Source of the DNA: Paramecium tetraurelia
Lineage: Eukaryota
DNA: 64,000 bases
Assembly (NCBI GenBank): GCA_000165425.1
Contig: CT868241.1
Location: 434,001 to 498,000, forward strand
Direction: 5' to 3'
Shown here piece after piece: positions 14,041-25,877 of this stretch. Within the stretch, counting starts at the first letter, position 1; each line of letters begins with the position of its first letter. Both the position numbers and the translations under genes were made by a program. The notes below the pieces were generated by a model, which ran no database searches, was not told the DNA's origin, and was given only the letters and a program-made list of their open reading frames with translations.

Positions 14041-14562
14041 ATGGTAACTTGTCATATATATTTGAATAGCAACCTATAAATGACATTAATGTTGATGAAG
14101 TATTAAGGGGATTATCAGCTGTGGAAGGGGCCAATGGTTATGTGATATTTAATTAAGACTGTAATAAGACTTTATTGATTAATTTTTAGGTATTCCATTA
14201 AAAAGATCAGAAAAAAATATTACATACGAAAAAGCTGTTCACATGTCTGCTTTAGTGGCTGATTTATGGAATGTCACTAAGAAATGCATCCAAAGAGAAT
14301 TAAGAAGTGCTGATGTATTTAATTAATCAAATAAGTTAGAATGATCTTGAAATAATTAGAATAAGGACTAAGGCCCAATCTGAATACATTATTTCTTAAT
14401 GTAATTTTAATACTTATTAAATAATAAGAGGGTGATTATACAATGATCGGGATATAATTATGTGGAAAAGCAATTGAAGAAGCTAAACAAGCAGCAGCTG
14501 CCGAGGCTCAAGCAGTTGCTGAAGCAGAGAAGGCAAAAAAAGGAGATAAGGAATAAAGTTGA
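14041..14562 (+). CDS. Dynein light chain, roadblock/LC7 family
   Basis: It reads VDEVLRGLSAVEGANGYVIFN..IPLKRS..LVADLWNVTKKCIQREL..NDLEIIRIRTKAQSEYII. Four tiny introns; the first coding exon is only ATG. Confidence 0.85.
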
Positions 14563-15381
14563 TTTCAGCTATTAATTATAATATAAGTATTTTTTATAAG
14601 AAATGTTATTCAACAAATCAGTTTTCTCAAGATTTACAATTGTTTCAGTTAAATAAATGCTATTAACTTTAATATATATGATTATTATCTCAGTTAATCA
14701 AAATAATCTAGTTTTCAAACAGAAATTTTAATTAAAAAGGTAAGGTTTTTGAGTTTCAGAAAATTCATTCCAAAGACCACTTTATTTATTTATATATATA
14801 ATTTATTAGTTACTATTATTTGATTTTGAGTTTAAGTTCATAAATTTGTTTTAGTGTTTGAAGTATTAGGAGTTCTTGATATGATAATTTTTTTTAATAA
14901 TGTTTAATCATTCAGTTTGATATATCATCTAAAACTTATTGAAATAGAATATTCCTTAATAAATAATAATAATGATAATAGATTATTTTAATACTCTTGT
15001 ACTATCTATAAATTATAAGGATTTACATAAATCTTTTCACTAATTTTAACCAAGGTTTTTTGATCATATTTTTAATGAAAATCATTAAATAGATGCTGGA
15101 TTAAACAAATTTACTAGAAAGATAGTAATCCAAGTATGGATTTATCTATCATTTATATTATTTAATATCTAAATCAATTTTCAGAAGTCTAATTTATTTT
15201 ATTCTATTATGAATATTTATTATACTTACATAATGAATGATTTTTAGAAATAATCGATCAGGGGATATCCTAACTCAACTAGTTGTTGATTTTAATGCTC
15301 ATTTTGACTAGATATCTTATGATTTAAATATCTCTAAATTTAGATTATATAATTAAATAATTCTGAAATATTCTCGAAAAT

Positions 15382-16040
15382 ATGAAAAGAAAGGTTAGGG
15401 AATATGATGAAAATGAATTCTCTAAAGCTGATTTGAAGATCATTCTACTAGGCGATTCAGCAGTTGGAAAATCAAAATTGGTTGAGAGATTTCTTTTGGA
15501 TGACTATGAGGAAAGACAACAATCTACATATGCATTGACAATGTATCGACATAATGCAAAGTTCGAAGGGAAAACTTATAAGATAGGTATTGAGTATAGT
15601 TTATGAAAATAGATTTGTGGGATACAGCTGGATAAGAATGTTTCTAAACTCTGCATGCTTCATATTATTATGGCGCCCATGCTTGTATTCTAGTAAAATT
15701 ATGTAATAATTAGTGTTTTGATGTCACAAGGAAAATTACTTATACAAACTTAAAGAAATGGTACGAGGAGATGAGATAGAATTGCCCTACAATTCCTTGC
15801 TTATTGGTTGCCAATAAAATAGATTGTATATAATTTATCAAGCTTTTAGTGGATCCTAGCGTCACTGAGACCAAATTTAAGTTTGCGGAAAGTAACAATC
15901 TGCCCATATATTACACATCCTCGGCAGATGGAACTAATGTAGTTAAAGTATTCTAGGAGGCTTTGAAAGCAGCAATTGAACATAAACAAAAGCCTGGTGG
16001 TTAGTTCATGGATGATTTGATGGATTATTTGTAGGGTTGA
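15382..16040 (+). CDS. RABL2: Rab-like GTPase 2 (intraflagellar-transport associated)
   Basis: It reads KIILLGDSAVGKSKLVERFLLDDY..QQSTYALT, DLWDTAGQE, HASYYYGAHAC, VANKID and SSADGTNVV. It has no C-terminal prenylation motif. Confidence 0.9.
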
Positions 16041-16064
16041 AGGACATTTATGATATATAATGAT

Positions 16065-16997
16065 TCATTCATTATCAAACTCATCATCTGTTTCACAATC
16101 ATCACAATCACTGTATGGAATTTCCATTTTCTTATCATTATTTATTTAATGGTGGACCTCAACTGTTTAAACATGCTATTAGACAAACTCGAATTGTTCA
16201 TCCACGTTATAGTATTGAACATCTCCAACCACAATCATTTCATCAATATTGAATTACTCTGATTCCTGTTCCTAGACTTCATTCTCTTCTTGGATCTGAT
16301 TATTTATCTCCTCATCTGAAAATATTTATGATTGAAATTGTTGTTGTTATTTACATTTTAATAGTTTTCGCAAAAATCCCATTTTTTGATCCCAAATATT
16401 GTTCAAATCAACCATTTATTCAGCTTTTCTTAAAGATACTATTTTTCTTACTTTAATAACTAATGATAATCTTCTAAAGTCTTTTTGGGCACTCCAACTT
16501 TTTCAGCAGCCTATTTCAGACTATACTTAATCTTGTTTCCATTTTGATCTATTTCCCCATTCTTGAATAGATTACGCCATTCATCAACACTAAGTTTTGC
16601 ATCCATTATCGAGCGTTCCTTTACTCTTTTGAAAACGTGTCTTGGCTAATCCATAACTTGTAAATGATTATATATATAATATAATAAAAAAATTTATGCT
16701 TGGCTCTTCAATAAACCCCTTAAATTTGCGATAATGCACAATGATTATATTAAAATTATAGAAGAAAATTCTATTTTTTTCTAGACTGAATACCATAATT
16801 GAAAATTGACATTCGATTTTTTCTAGAGAAATTCGACCATTTTAGATGGAATTATTCTGTTCTATTCATATCTTTATCATCAACAGCAAATCTCTCAGAA
16901 GTTATATCAGAAATCTATAATTAAAATTGCTCACCTTTATGATATTATATTCTATAATCTTTAATTCTCAAGTATAATATATATTAGATTAGATCAT
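16065..16997 (-). CDS. Ciliate-type helix-turn-helix protein with acidic tail
   Basis: It contains KERSIMDAKLSVDEWRNLF..SLKQAAEKVGVPKKTLEDY..KMGFLRK and a D/E-rich C-terminus. Confidence 0.7.
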
Positions 16998-17106
16998 GAT
17001 TCAATTCATCAGCACTTAAATAAACATAGAATCAAAAATTTATTATTAGATAGAGGAGTGGCTTGTTTTAAATAAAGAATGTAATAGATTTAGATTAAAT
17101 TTTATA

Positions 17107-19083
17107 ATGATTATATTAGTTTATCTTTTAGTTAATGTTTGCATAAGCAAGAGAGTGTCATATTCATGCTAAGCTGAACATTTTTGGACAGGATAGACGT
17201 GCTTACCTTGCGAGAAAGGATGCAAGTGTAGTTCTTATATGGGTTGTGATGGAGGATTACAATGTTAAAGTGGATGGGCATATTAAGATGAAGGAGACAA
17301 GAAATGTGTGCAATGCCCAACAGGATGTAGTTCATGTATTCTAAATGGGATAAATGGATTTATTTGTAATAAGTGCTAATCAGGATATTAACTAATAGGT
17401 AGAATGTGGCAGTATATTTGTAGCAAACATCTGTGTGCCATTGAGTTTTAATCCAAGATTAGGGAATGTGAAGTTCTTTGGATTCGGATTATGGGGAATT
17501 CCTTATTGGACGATAGCTTTGGATAATTTGCCATAAGGCATTGAAGAGGCTTATTCCACATTGGATTGTATTGAAAGAGATTCTTCAACAACATTTTGTT
17601 CGAAATGTCCAGATGGTTCGTGGTTGAATGAACTGATGTAATGTGAGAAGTGTGGGCCAGGTTGTTCCTTATGTAAGTCTAGAGGAACTTGTGTAGAATG
17701 TCAAAGTGGATACTATTGGGGTGAAGAGACAGGTTAATATACTTAATATACTGCATATTTCAATGGAGCAGGAAGATGCTTGTAGTGCAGTATTAAAAAT
17801 GCTAAGAGTTGTGATGCCAACTCTGTTCTGAGTTGTGTAGATGGATCTTATTTATAAAATTCAAATTGTGTAGATTGTCTAATGTAATGTTAAACTTGCA
17901 CGAATGGTAATTCATGTGTCACCTGCAAGTAAGGTTATTACTAATAGAATAATGAATGCTAATATTGTATTGGAAATAGTGACATGAATATAAATTGTTT
18001 GGAATGTTCTGATCTAAATACATGTACTAAATGTGCTGATTCTTATATGTTAATAAATTCTCAGTGTTATTTAATTCCAGTGGATCCAGGATGTGAAACT
18101 TTCAGAGCCAAAGGAACCAATCAAGTTGTATGTGATGTCTGTTTAAATGGATACTACTTATACTAAGGTACTTGTTATTCATGTTTGAATGAAAATGAGT
18201 TATATGACCTGTGTACAAATTTGGACGAATCTGGATAATCTCCATCCGTCTATCCTACTCAATGTTTGACTAATATCGCAGACCCTATAAGTTCATCCAA
18301 TTACTTTTTAATCTAATAGACTGATTAGGAAATTAAGACTAATTTATGTGTGCAAAATAATAATGGATGCACTAAAATGATTGATTCGAATGGATAATGC
18401 TCTTAATGTGCTGACCAATACACTTTGAATAATGGAGTATGTTATCCATGTTCAACCATTTTAAACTGTTTAGAGTGCTCATACAATAATGAAGTAGTTT
18501 GTAATAAATGCATTTAATCTACTTACTTAAATAACAATGAATGTGTTTAATGTATAGAAGGGTGTAACAAGTGTTCCTCATAAAATTCTTGTGATACTTG
18601 TTCTACAGGATACTATTATAATACCTAATAATAGTGTGTAAAATGCTCAGTTTAAAATTGTTCATCTTGTCCCAATGATACCTGCCAAAGTTGTGTGCCT
18701 TAATTCTTCTTGTATGCATAAACATGTTAGTTGTGTCCTCCAGGTTGTTCTAATTGCCAAGGTACTTTAGGCAGGGAATGTACAACTTGTCTAGATGGAT
18801 TTTATTTGAAAGTATATACAATTCAACTTAGATTTTTAGGATAATGGTTGTTATCCTGGAACACAATATTGTGCTCAACATAATAGTGATGGAACTTGTA
18901 AACATTGTATCTATGGAGCATATGTGGCTGACAATTAAGAATGTTTGCCTTGCATCTCACTTGGAGCTGGAGTATTTTAGTCATTTTTATATTATTTAGT
19001 ATGTTTGCGGATAAAATGCTAATGTCTATTGCTTTTTAGGAATATTACAATTTGCTGTTCTATTTATGCTATTGTTTCAGTGA
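17107..19083 (+). CDS. Cys-rich surface protein with furin-like (CxxC) repeats, probably GPI- or TM-anchored
   Basis: Signal peptide MIILVYLLVNVCIS, many CxxCxxGCxxC...CxxCxxGYY repeats and a hydrophobic C-terminus ILQFAVLFMLLFQ. Confidence 0.85.
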
Positions 19084-19329
19084 ATATTATATTAATATTC
19101 AATTTATTTATTAAATTTAGTGTATTCATAATTACAATCACTCACCAAGAACAGTCTATTTTACAACAGTATAATAAAGATAGTCATTAGAATAATCAAA
19201 TTATCCAAAAGGAACATTAACATGCTTACTTAATAAATTGGATAAATAGAAAAATTTGTATTTAATTCAAAGAATTTCACTCTACTCAAATTGATTGTTT
19301 ATTTTATTTGATTTTGAGTTTAAATTAAA

Positions 19330-20419
19330 ATGGAAGTGTTACAATAAGAAGACAATCAATTCAGATACAAACTCATGAATGTATTCTTTCAATATATAAA
19401 AAATGCCTTGTTCATTCTTTTAATTGGATATGAAGGAATAAAATTACTAAACATTGATCATGATTGTTAATTATCAGAGATTACTTATATTAGTACATTG
19501 TACCATGGAGGAATCATTTTATTACTCTTTAACATTGTTTCCGCCTGTTATATACTATATTAAAAGCACTTTGTTAGAATTGAATACTTTATTACTTATG
19601 GATTAAATATTTTGGTTTTTGTGTGTATGTTACTATTTTCCTTGCAATAAATGATATAGGGAAGGTGCAGTATTGGATAATTATCAGTGAAATACTACAT
19701 AATACTATCTATAATCACTCAGTTAGACGTGTTATTAATTATGATGTTCAAACATGAATTCTCAAACAGACAAACCAATATATGTTCAAATACTGCTGTT
19801 GTGATCCTCTTATTAACGACTAGGATTGATAATGATTGTGCAGTCAATGCAATATCATTGGAAATTCAACTAATCTCTGCTAATATTTTGACATTACTCT
19901 TTTTCACTGTTCTCAACGTAGCAATTAATCTATTTCCAAAATTAAGAGAATAATTAACAAATGCATTTAAGTTTGTTTGTGTCTTGGTTCTGTGTTTTCT
20001 GATCTTAAATTATCTATTAATAGTGTACTTTGTTCAATCAGTAATCTATTGATCCTCTATATTAGGGTGATATCAAAGAGAATTAGGAGTGCATGCCTCT
20101 TGATTTCATTACTAGAACATATTGCTTTTTGGCACCTGTCAACTTAATTGGAATGATACCAATTTTAGCATCTTTCAAATTTGAAACAATTGATGAAGAA
20201 GAGGATGTTCCTTAATAAGTTGAGATTGTTTCTCCATCTAGAGGATTGCCAATCCAAAATTCACCCTCTCCTTTTTAACAATCAAAGTTATCAATGAATA
20301 ATAACACTACACCTTATAAGATTATAGTCAACAATAATAACCAACTTTCACCTGATGAGTTATTTTTTGTAGGGAAATAATAATAATAATAATAACAATA
20401 ACAATAACAATAACAATGA
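19330..20419 (+). CDS. Multi-pass membrane protein with poly-Gln C-terminus
   Basis: Several hydrophobic segments lie in 19380-20140, followed by a Ser/Pro/Gln-rich tail ending in 13 Gln codons. Confidence 0.7.
20378..20416 (+). repeat. (TAA/CAA)13 poly-Gln microsatellite
   Basis: Six TAA codons, then alternating CAA/TAA, immediately before TGA. Confidence 0.9.
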
Positions 20420-20468
20420 TTAATTCATACTGCAATATTTATGAAATAAGCTATATATAAAATTATTT

Positions 20469-21631
20469 TCATGACAATTTTAATTCCATCTCTCTTTTAA
20501 ATTCCATAAAAGATATGGTTCCATTTCTGGATCTATCAAATCTCATAAATAGTAATGCTGCTTCTGAAGGCACAACTTTGACTGCGCTATATAAATTGAG
20601 GGCATTCATAAACTCATTCAATCCTATGTTTCTCGATTAGTTAACATCAATCATTTAGTATATCTGTTAGATGTCAATACTCTCTCTTTACAATAAAGAT
20701 CTTGCATTTTCAAATCTCAGCTCGTTTGTTTAATAGAGCTTAATCAGTTCATTCAAATTAGACTTCGTTTAAGGTCCTAGCAACTAAAAATTCAAATCAA
20801 ATGTGTATTACTGTATTCTATCTCTTTTGTTATTTGGAAGTCTATCCAAGGGGCAAAAATAAGTGTTCAAATTCCTAGAGTGACATTCTATCGATGCTGT
20901 TGAATTCTGAAAATCTGGTGTAGACTAGGAAGAGTTGATTGTAATCGACTTTTAAGCCTATTTCTTAGAAACCTTAAAAGAGTTCATCAAAAGTAATGTT
21001 TTAAGTTTGATTCTTGTCGATTATCTAAGGATGAGAGGACACAATTTACTTGGAACAATTAAGGAAGATTGAAATCCTGGGCAATCACCAACTTTCTTTT
21101 CAGTTCCTCTATTTATCTTTCAGTATTTAGTTGTTCTAATAGGACAGTAAAGAAGATAGTAACAGGGTTCTTATCTAGAGAGAATTTAATTGTCTAGATA
21201 CTTTATTTTTTGATGTTTGTTATTTTGTTATGGCTTCTTTGATTGAGGGGAGTGCGCTTGTATGTTTTGTCAGCTGGGAAATCCAAATATTCTATGTCAG
21301 TGATCATGCCATCTCCTTCGTAATAATTGGAAAAGGGTCTTGAGGATTCAGCGAAACTCTTTCTTGGCAGAGAAGTTTGATAGGGAGGGTATGGTTAATC
21401 GTGATAGGGAGGGTAAGGTTAATCGTGATAGGGAGGGTATGGTTATTCGTAGAATGATGGTTGCGGCTATTGATAATAAGGTGGGTATGGTTGCTCATAA
21501 TAGGGAGGGGGGGACTATTAGTAATAGGGGGGTGGCTGAGGTTAATAGTAATAATCATCGTGAGGATAAGGTTGAAAACTTGGTTCGTTTTGCTTGAAAG
21601 CCGAGCGTGTATAGGGATTTTTTGAATACAT
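20469..21631 (-). CDS. EF-hand protein with N-terminal Pro/Tyr/Gln repeats
   Basis: The N-terminus has QPYPPY(Y/H)(D/E/Q) repeats. The C-terminus has EF-hand loops IDVNQSRNIGLNEF and FDRSRNGTISFMEF. Confidence 0.75.
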
Positions 21632-21733
21632 AATAACTGATAAATATAATAATATAAAACATGAATAATGCTGATTGCAAATTTAAATCTTTTTTTTAGA
21701 TAAAAATTAAATGAAGGTATTAGAATAACCTAT

Positions 21734-22309
21734 ATGAAGATCTACGTTGATGCATTCAGTGGAGAAGAAATCGTTTCTGACAGTTTCAATATGGAAGAGA
21801 AATTTGAAGGAGTTATTGGCGAAGTGCAATCCCAAGATATTGTTAAAGGTGCTCTCAATGTAGATGTGGGTAATGTTGTGGGCTCTACAATTTATAGGTG
21901 CTGGAGGTCATTTCGGTGGCAAGAACGAAGACGAAGAAGACGGAGGTGTAGATGATCAAGCCTAAAAGGTTAACAACATCATCGATGCCTTTAAATATGC
22001 TGAAACCTAATTCACCAAAGCCGATTACGTTACTTACTTTAAAGCTTATGCCAAGAAGGTCAAGGCTTACTTAGAGGCAAACAAACCAAACAGAGTTGCT
22101 TCATTCTAAAAGGGAGCTGGCGAATTCATTAAATGGGTTTCAGCTAATTTCAATGAACTCCAATTGTAATTTCTGCTAATCTATAGTTTAGCTACTGTCC
22201 TGAATCATATGACATGGAAAATCACATCGTTCTTGGATATTACAAAGAAGGACAAGCTGCCCCAGCCTTCGTTTACATTTTAGACGGATTAAAAGAAGTC
22301 AAGATGTGA
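21734..22309 (+). CDS. TCTP: Translationally controlled tumour protein
   Basis: It reads MKIYVDAFSGEEIVSDSF..NVDVGAG..VNNIIDAFKY..FTKADYVTYFKAYAKKVK..LDGLKEVKM with two introns. Confidence 0.93.
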
Positions 22310-22354
22310 AATAAAATAAATAAAAATTGCATCTGTTAATTCGACATTGATTTC

Positions 22355-23892
22355 TCATTAATTGGGATTATCTTCATTTTATAATAATGGAACCTTTTCC
22401 TCTACTTCATCGCGTTTGCTAGTACTAGGGGTAGAACTTTACACTTCTTTTTTCTCTTCTTCCTCTAAAGGTTTTTCTCTTTATTTAAGAATTTCATCCT
22501 CTCTCACTACATAAAGCCAAGGCAGAGGCAACAAAATAAACACCCCAGTAATCGCTATAAATAACCATAATCTGGAGTAGTCTGTCTAGTCAATCTTCAT
22601 CCAAATCAAAAACAGGGCTCCCAACCAACTTCCCAACATGGAACCTTTTCTCATAACTAGTAAATTATACCAAAATTAATCGTGCTCATTAACATAGCAT
22701 ACATAGTGGCTTCGATATGTTTTGGACACATTCTACAAGCCAACACTAAGACTGGCATGATGTTCAATTCCCCAACAAATTGCAACATCACTTGATCTCC
22801 GATACAAAAGATCTTATCGTTGATTCCCCATTCAACATTCTTTCTAGTCACCAAGATTATTATTGATTAATAACACAAATAATAGAGGAATGTTGTAACT
22901 AAGAATATCTTACGAAATTGTATGTCTCTCAGATAATTGTTATAAATTAACACTCCAGAAATTGAAGCTACAGCATACTGAAAATGTATAATCTATTCAT
23001 TACCATAAATTTCAGTTATCCCAAAAATTTTGGATTGAATCCAAGAACTTCAGTATAAAAGAAAAACATAATTGTGGAACTAGAGGGAGCCATCATAAAT
23101 GCAAAGATTAGCATTACTGGCTTATAAATTAGAGGATTCTTGAAAAATTACCAAAAGTCCTTCAGACATTAGGTAGTGTTGTTTTTTCTATCGTTTTGAT
23201 CCAAAGAGTTTACATCTATCTTTTGTTCTTAATAAAAAAATGAAACAAAAACGAGAATCATTGGAAAAATTGAGGTTATCATAAATACTATTTATTTATT
23301 TTTGAAGTGTACTTTATTAATAAGTGAAGTAATGTAACAGAGCTCCAGACGAGTATGCACTCAACAATGAACCCACAGCTCTTACTCCAAAGAATATTGA
23401 CACATTCCTCGATGCTCCATGTTGAAAATTGTTTTATCGTTATTCTCTCGATGCTTAAGCTGCGACTTCCACCAATATTGCCTCACCTACCACATTAACA
23501 AAACATATTGAGAGTTGAATCAAAAATAACAGCAGCAACACACTAACCAAACTACCATCTTTGTTTTTGGACATCATTATCCAACCCAATGCATCCAATA
23601 TCCCAAATAATATTATATAAGATTTTCTCCTGTAGCCCAGAAAGGGTTTCGAGTCTGTAATGATCCCCCAAAATGGTTTAATCATCCATGGAAGTGTTGT
23701 GTAACTTAAGTATAATCCCATCATGGCTGGAGACAAACCATATTCATCCTTTAGCATGTAATTTACAGCCAAATCTGATAAATGCTGAATTCCCTAATTG
23801 AATGCTGTCACACCTATAATGAAGTATGAAGGATTAAAAGAAGAGTATAATTGATTAAATTGATCAAACAACTTTGTACAAATTATACTCAT
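22355..23892 (-). CDS. Folate/biopterin transporter (BT1/FBT family, MFS)
   Basis: It reads LAVNYMLKD, LPWMIKPFWGIITDSKPFLGYRRKSY and MPVLVLACRMCPKHIEATMYAMLMSTINFG. Confidence 0.9.
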
Positions 23893-23913
23893 ATTAATAA
23901 AGATAAATGAGTA

Positions 23914-25742
23914 TCAAATTATCGTTTTTAATGATTCCCCTCTTATAGATTGCGCCTTGAAACTGTCCAAATACTCTTGGTTTTTGTGATTCAACATTAC
24001 CTTGTCAACTTCGGTCAAAATCTTAGGTAATTTGAGACACTTTATTATTGTTTTAGATGAAATTGAACTATCAGGAATAACATATTTTGGTCTTGCAGCC
24101 GCTGGAAAAATCTTCAATACTCATTCTATTAATTACCCTATTGATTATACTAATCGAGGAACCTTTGCTGGCTTCAATCTGAAAGAATGCCTTCTCCAGA
24201 GACAAGGGTTCTGTATCTTTTAGATTTGAATAAATCACATTAATATTCCTTCGAAAATTGTAATGTGCTTTATTGATATGTCCATGACCTTACAACATCT
24301 CATACCCTGTGGGTTCGACTGGATTTCCAATTCTCTCAAAGGAATTCTTGAGAATTTATTAATTTTGTGATTGCTCAATAAATGGAACTTCCCTAAATTC
24401 TATAGACTGAGGAATTTTCTTGATTTATTTAATGATGTCCAGAGATTATTTTCTTTGAGTAATTTTATTTTGATCGAAATGTTACAGTTTTTAAATTGCT
24501 GCTCCCTTTTGGAAATATTATAAGAATCGTTGTTTATCCAATACAAAGTATTATACCTTCTGACTTATACTGATGGCTCTATACTCCCGTTTAATTCCAG
24601 CTAAGACTTCCTCGTGTCCAAAGATTTGTCCAGGTGTAATAATCGAGGTTCTTACCTTCTCCAATTTTTGCTCATTTCTCGTAAAGAACTTATTGATAAT
24701 GGAATTATTCTACACCGATTAGGTCAAATTTACAAATTTGCATAGTTCCACCTCTCCAGATTTCAATAAGTATATATTACTATAATAGTTTATATGATTG
24801 GATACTTGGCCTCTTCATTTTCCTTATAGATTATTTAAAATAGCTTCCTCTCCTCCTACTTGAAGTGATAGTACAGTTAATTCAGCATTTGATCATTCCA
24901 ATCTGAAAATATAGCAACTTTGCTAAGAAACCCAATATTCACTTTTTATTAAGCCTCATAAAAAGCAGACAATAATCTATTAAACTGATCCCTTGTCACT
25001 GTTGCAAAATGTGTATCCTCAGCTGCCACAATAGTTGCTTATCTTGGCACCTATTTAGTCAAGGCTATTTCCCCAAAACTTTCGCCAGAATTTATCTAGC
25101 CTACCTTCTACAAAGTTGGAAACTGAGTGTCTAAGAATTCCTTATCAGTCATGGTAGCAAAGATGTCATTGAGAGTTACTTGAGTGATGAATGCTTAGGG
25201 CTTATTTTTTTTATTTTTCATCTTCTTGTTCTTCTTTGCATTTTCCATCATTTCTTTGTTTTTTTCATCCTTTAAATCTTATTCTTATTTTTAATCCTCT
25301 TCAGTAGGACCTGAGCCATCCTACAAACCCTTCTTCTAAACCAACACCCAAACACTTCCTTTTAGAATGATGTAAAACTTTTTTCCCAAATCCCCTATAT
25401 TGAAAACGGTTTATCTCCTATGCTGTACTTCGTAACTCAATTATTTGTATAATCCTGAGACCATCTCAGCACCCATTTATTATTCTAACTCCTAGAAGAA
25501 CTTGAATCTGAAGAATGACAATCTGATTTTATCAATGTCCAGTTACGATCTTTGAGAGGATTGCTTCTTTAGCAATGTGACTAGAATCTAAGAGATTCAT
25601 TTTATATGTTTATACTTACATTCAAATCTTCATCATCACCGAATTCAGGGTCTGATTTTTTGAGGACATCTGCAACTACATCTTTGATGGTCATTCTATG
25701 TCCTGATAGATTTCCTCTAACTTTTTCGATTGCATTTTTCAT
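23914..25742 (-). CDS. Cyclic-nucleotide-binding domain protein (two cNMP domains)
   Basis: The first domain reads VFNIGDLGKKFYIILKGSV and GESFGEIAL..PRQATIVA. The second reads IYLLKSGEVEL..GQIFGHEEVL. Confidence 0.85.
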
Positions 25743-25877
25743 TAAAATTATATAAAGATTTTAATATCTATCATCTGGCATTCGATTACCTATATTTATT
25801 ATAGAACACAGAAAGTTTCATTTAAGTCTTTATAACAAACAAAACATACATGATTAAGAATCAAAAAGATTAAGATA

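Noticed and set aside
21340..21597. Plus-strand ORF with DREG repeats
   Set aside because: It is the antisense shadow of the QPYPPY repeat in the EF-hand gene.
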